From contig JBCBUK010000002.1 of NCBI GenBank assembly GCA_039818205.1, forward strand, positions 352,001-416,000: a stretch of 64,000 bases of DNA, given 5' to 3'. The stretch's first letter is position 1; each line of letters starts with the position of its first letter. A program made the translations under genes and the position numbers. The notes under the pieces are model-generated. The model was not told the DNA's origin, ran no database searches, and worked only from the letters and a program-made list of their open reading frames with translations. The DNA is from Verrucomicrobiota bacterium (GTDB taxonomy: Bacteria; Verrucomicrobiota; Verrucomicrobiia; Opitutales; Cerasicoccaceae). Positions 62,368 through 64,000 of the stretch are shown piece by piece.

Positions 62368-63264
62368 ATGCTATATGACCGTCCATACATGAGGGATCCT
62401 GCCCCGAAAAACTTCACGGATTATTTCTGGGTGGTTCTTTGGGTGTTGATCGGTTCATTCCTCGTTCAGATTATATTGAGCGAATTTGGCCTTGGAGGAT
62501 TTTTGTCCAGTTGGGTCGCATTTTCGGTTCCGGCTGCCCTGAGTGCGAAGATTTGGACTGCCGTGACCTACAGCATCATGCATGCAGGTCCTGGGCATTT
62601 GTTTTTCAATGGGCTGGCCTATTTCTTTATTGGCCGATGGCTCTATCGGGAGATCGAACCCAAGCGGTTTCTTCAGGTTATTTTAGCCTCGGTTGTGATG
62701 GGCGCAATCGCGTGGTTGACAATCCAGCTTCTATTTGGGGGTGGTCGTGCGGTGCCTTTGGTCGGTTTCTCCGCGGCGGTTGCTGGAATGGTGACGCTGG
62801 TTTGTTTGATTGCGCCGGATCGAAAAATCACGCTGCTGCTTTTTTTCGTTTTGCCGGTTGAGGCGCGGCCGCGAATCATCTTGTTCTGTCTCTTGGGATT
62901 TGAGTCTCTTGGGTTTCTGTTTTTGGAGCTTGCTCCGATGTTGAGTGATCGTCCTGCGGAGTCAGCAGTCGCATTCTCCGCCCACCTTGGTGGGATGCTG
63001 GCGGGATACCTTTATTATCGCATGCTGAAGAGTCCCGTTCCCGTTTTTGAATCCGTCCGGAAGAAGGTCTCGATTGAGCCGCCAAAGTGGACGAAGAAGG
63101 GGGCATCGAATGCCGGCAAGTATAAGGTGAACGTTTCGAGCCGAAAAGATCTACGTAAAGAGGTGGACCGAATTTTGGACAAGATCAACCGCGACGGGTT
63201 TGGCGCGTTGAGCGAGGAAGAGAAACGAATCCTCGATCAGGCGGGCGAACTGCTTAAAAAGTAG
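62368..63264 (+). CDS. Rhomboid intramembrane serine protease with C-terminal DUF6576-like domain
   Basis: H..FN, GFSAAV, AHLGG; VDRILDKI...G..ALS.EEK. Confidence 0.9.
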   Translation: MLYDRPYMRDPAPKNFTDYFWVVLWVLIGSFLVQIILSEFGLGGFLSSWVAFSVPAALSAKIWTAVTYSIMHAGPGHLFFNGLAYFFIGRWLYREIEPKRFLQVILASVVMGAIAWLTIQLLFGGGRAVPLVGFSAAVAGMVTLVCLIAPDRKITLLLFFVLPVEARPRIILFCLLGFESLGFLFLELAPMLSDRPAESAVAFSAHLGGMLAGYLYYRMLKSPVPVFESVRKKVSIEPPKWTKKGASNAGKYKVNVSSRKDLRKEVDRILDKINRDGFGALSEEEKRILDQAGELLKK

Positions 63265-63331
63265 GCAAACAGTTCGTTTTTTTGCCATTTTCTGGTAACT
63301 TTAACCAGAAGGAGGGGTTAAACTTTCGGTT

Positions 63332-64000
63332 ATGACCACTAAATGGATTACTTTCGCGGCCATCTGGACAGCTAGCTTAGCTGTCGCATATTTCGTTGGT
63401 CACTCTTCTAGCGCAGATATCTCGGCAGATGGGAAATCTACTCAAGCCTCCTCAGGAGCGGACCGACAGACAGTGTCGTCTGCCGAGCTTGACGAATTGG
63501 AGGTGTCCGAAGTTTTGGTGGAGGTCGCGCTCGAGGATGTCGACCTCGACAGTGAGTCCGGTGCGTTTACTGGTTTCCTTTCTGGCGATTTTACCCCGGA
63601 AACATTGATTCGGGCCCGGCTTGAGGCCTTGAGCTACGATTCCGATCAGTTGGCCTCGGCAATGGATCAGCTATATGCAATGGCGCCGAGCCGCGAGCGC
63701 AACGAGCTGATGTATGAGCTGCTCACTCGCTGGGGCAAACTTGACCCCTATAATGCGCTCGCATTCGCTGGAGGAATCGAGTCCATGGAACTCCAGAATC
63801 GTGCAATGGGCGAGGTGCTTGAGGGGTGGGCGTCTACCGATCCCGTTTCCGCTCTGAAGTGGCTCGACACCAACGGCGTGGAATTTCCAGCGCGCATTTA
63901 TGGAGATTACCTTGGCGACATCATGGAAGGATATGCCCAGACCAACCCACAGCTGGCATTTGCTTACGTAGAAGGCTTACCATCGGACACCGTGGGGAAT
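63332..64000 (+). CDS. Partial membrane-anchored helical-repeat protein (runs off the window)
   Basis: Not in the ORF track; read manually as MTTKWITFAAIWTASLAVAYFVG...RWGKLDPYNALAF...GWASTDPVSALKW. Confidence 0.8.
   Translation, partial: MTTKWITFAAIWTASLAVAYFVGHSSSADISADGKSTQASSGADRQTVSSAELDELEVSEVLVEVALEDVDLDSESGAFTGFLSGDFTPETLIRARLEALSYDSDQLASAMDQLYAMAPSRERNELMYELLTRWGKLDPYNALAFAGGIESMELQNRAMGEVLEGWASTDPVSALKWLDTNGVEFPARIYGDYLGDIMEGYAQTNPQLAFAYVEGLPSDTVGN

Noticed and set aside
63396..63608. 70-aa ORF from the track
   Set aside because: Out of frame within the longer CDS starting at 63332

Overview
Chromosomal window of a bacterium that is probably Verrucomicrobiota (Opitutia-like). This is an inference from three PEP-CTERM proteins, an SHD1-type protein, PPi-type PEPCK and W-x-x-x-D-P helical-repeat proteins. 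About 55 CDS are present; I found no rRNA, tRNA or CRISPR. Core genes: lepB, ilvB, cydAB, an inositol monophosphatase, rnpA-yidD, a family-4 UDG, PPi-PEPCK, mdh, purH, two PilT-type ATPases and a rhomboid protease. Accessory content includes a circularly permuted ATP-grasp/alpha-E/transglutaminase operon with a poly-Gln tail, a methyltransferase enclosed by two inverted IS630-like left ends, and a BPH/HslV-like proteasome homolog with an altered active site. Also present are a translationally coupled MnmC-oxidase-like + MnmM pair (candidate split mnm5s2U34 pathway), a GbsR/DUF2071 operon with two visible operators, two tandem repeat-rich PEP-CTERM proteins, and a xylose/hexuronate catabolic region with an identical 16-bp LacI-type operator found twice. 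All calls come from motif recognition by eye; no database searches were run. Several start codons were moved downstream of the ORF-track starts.
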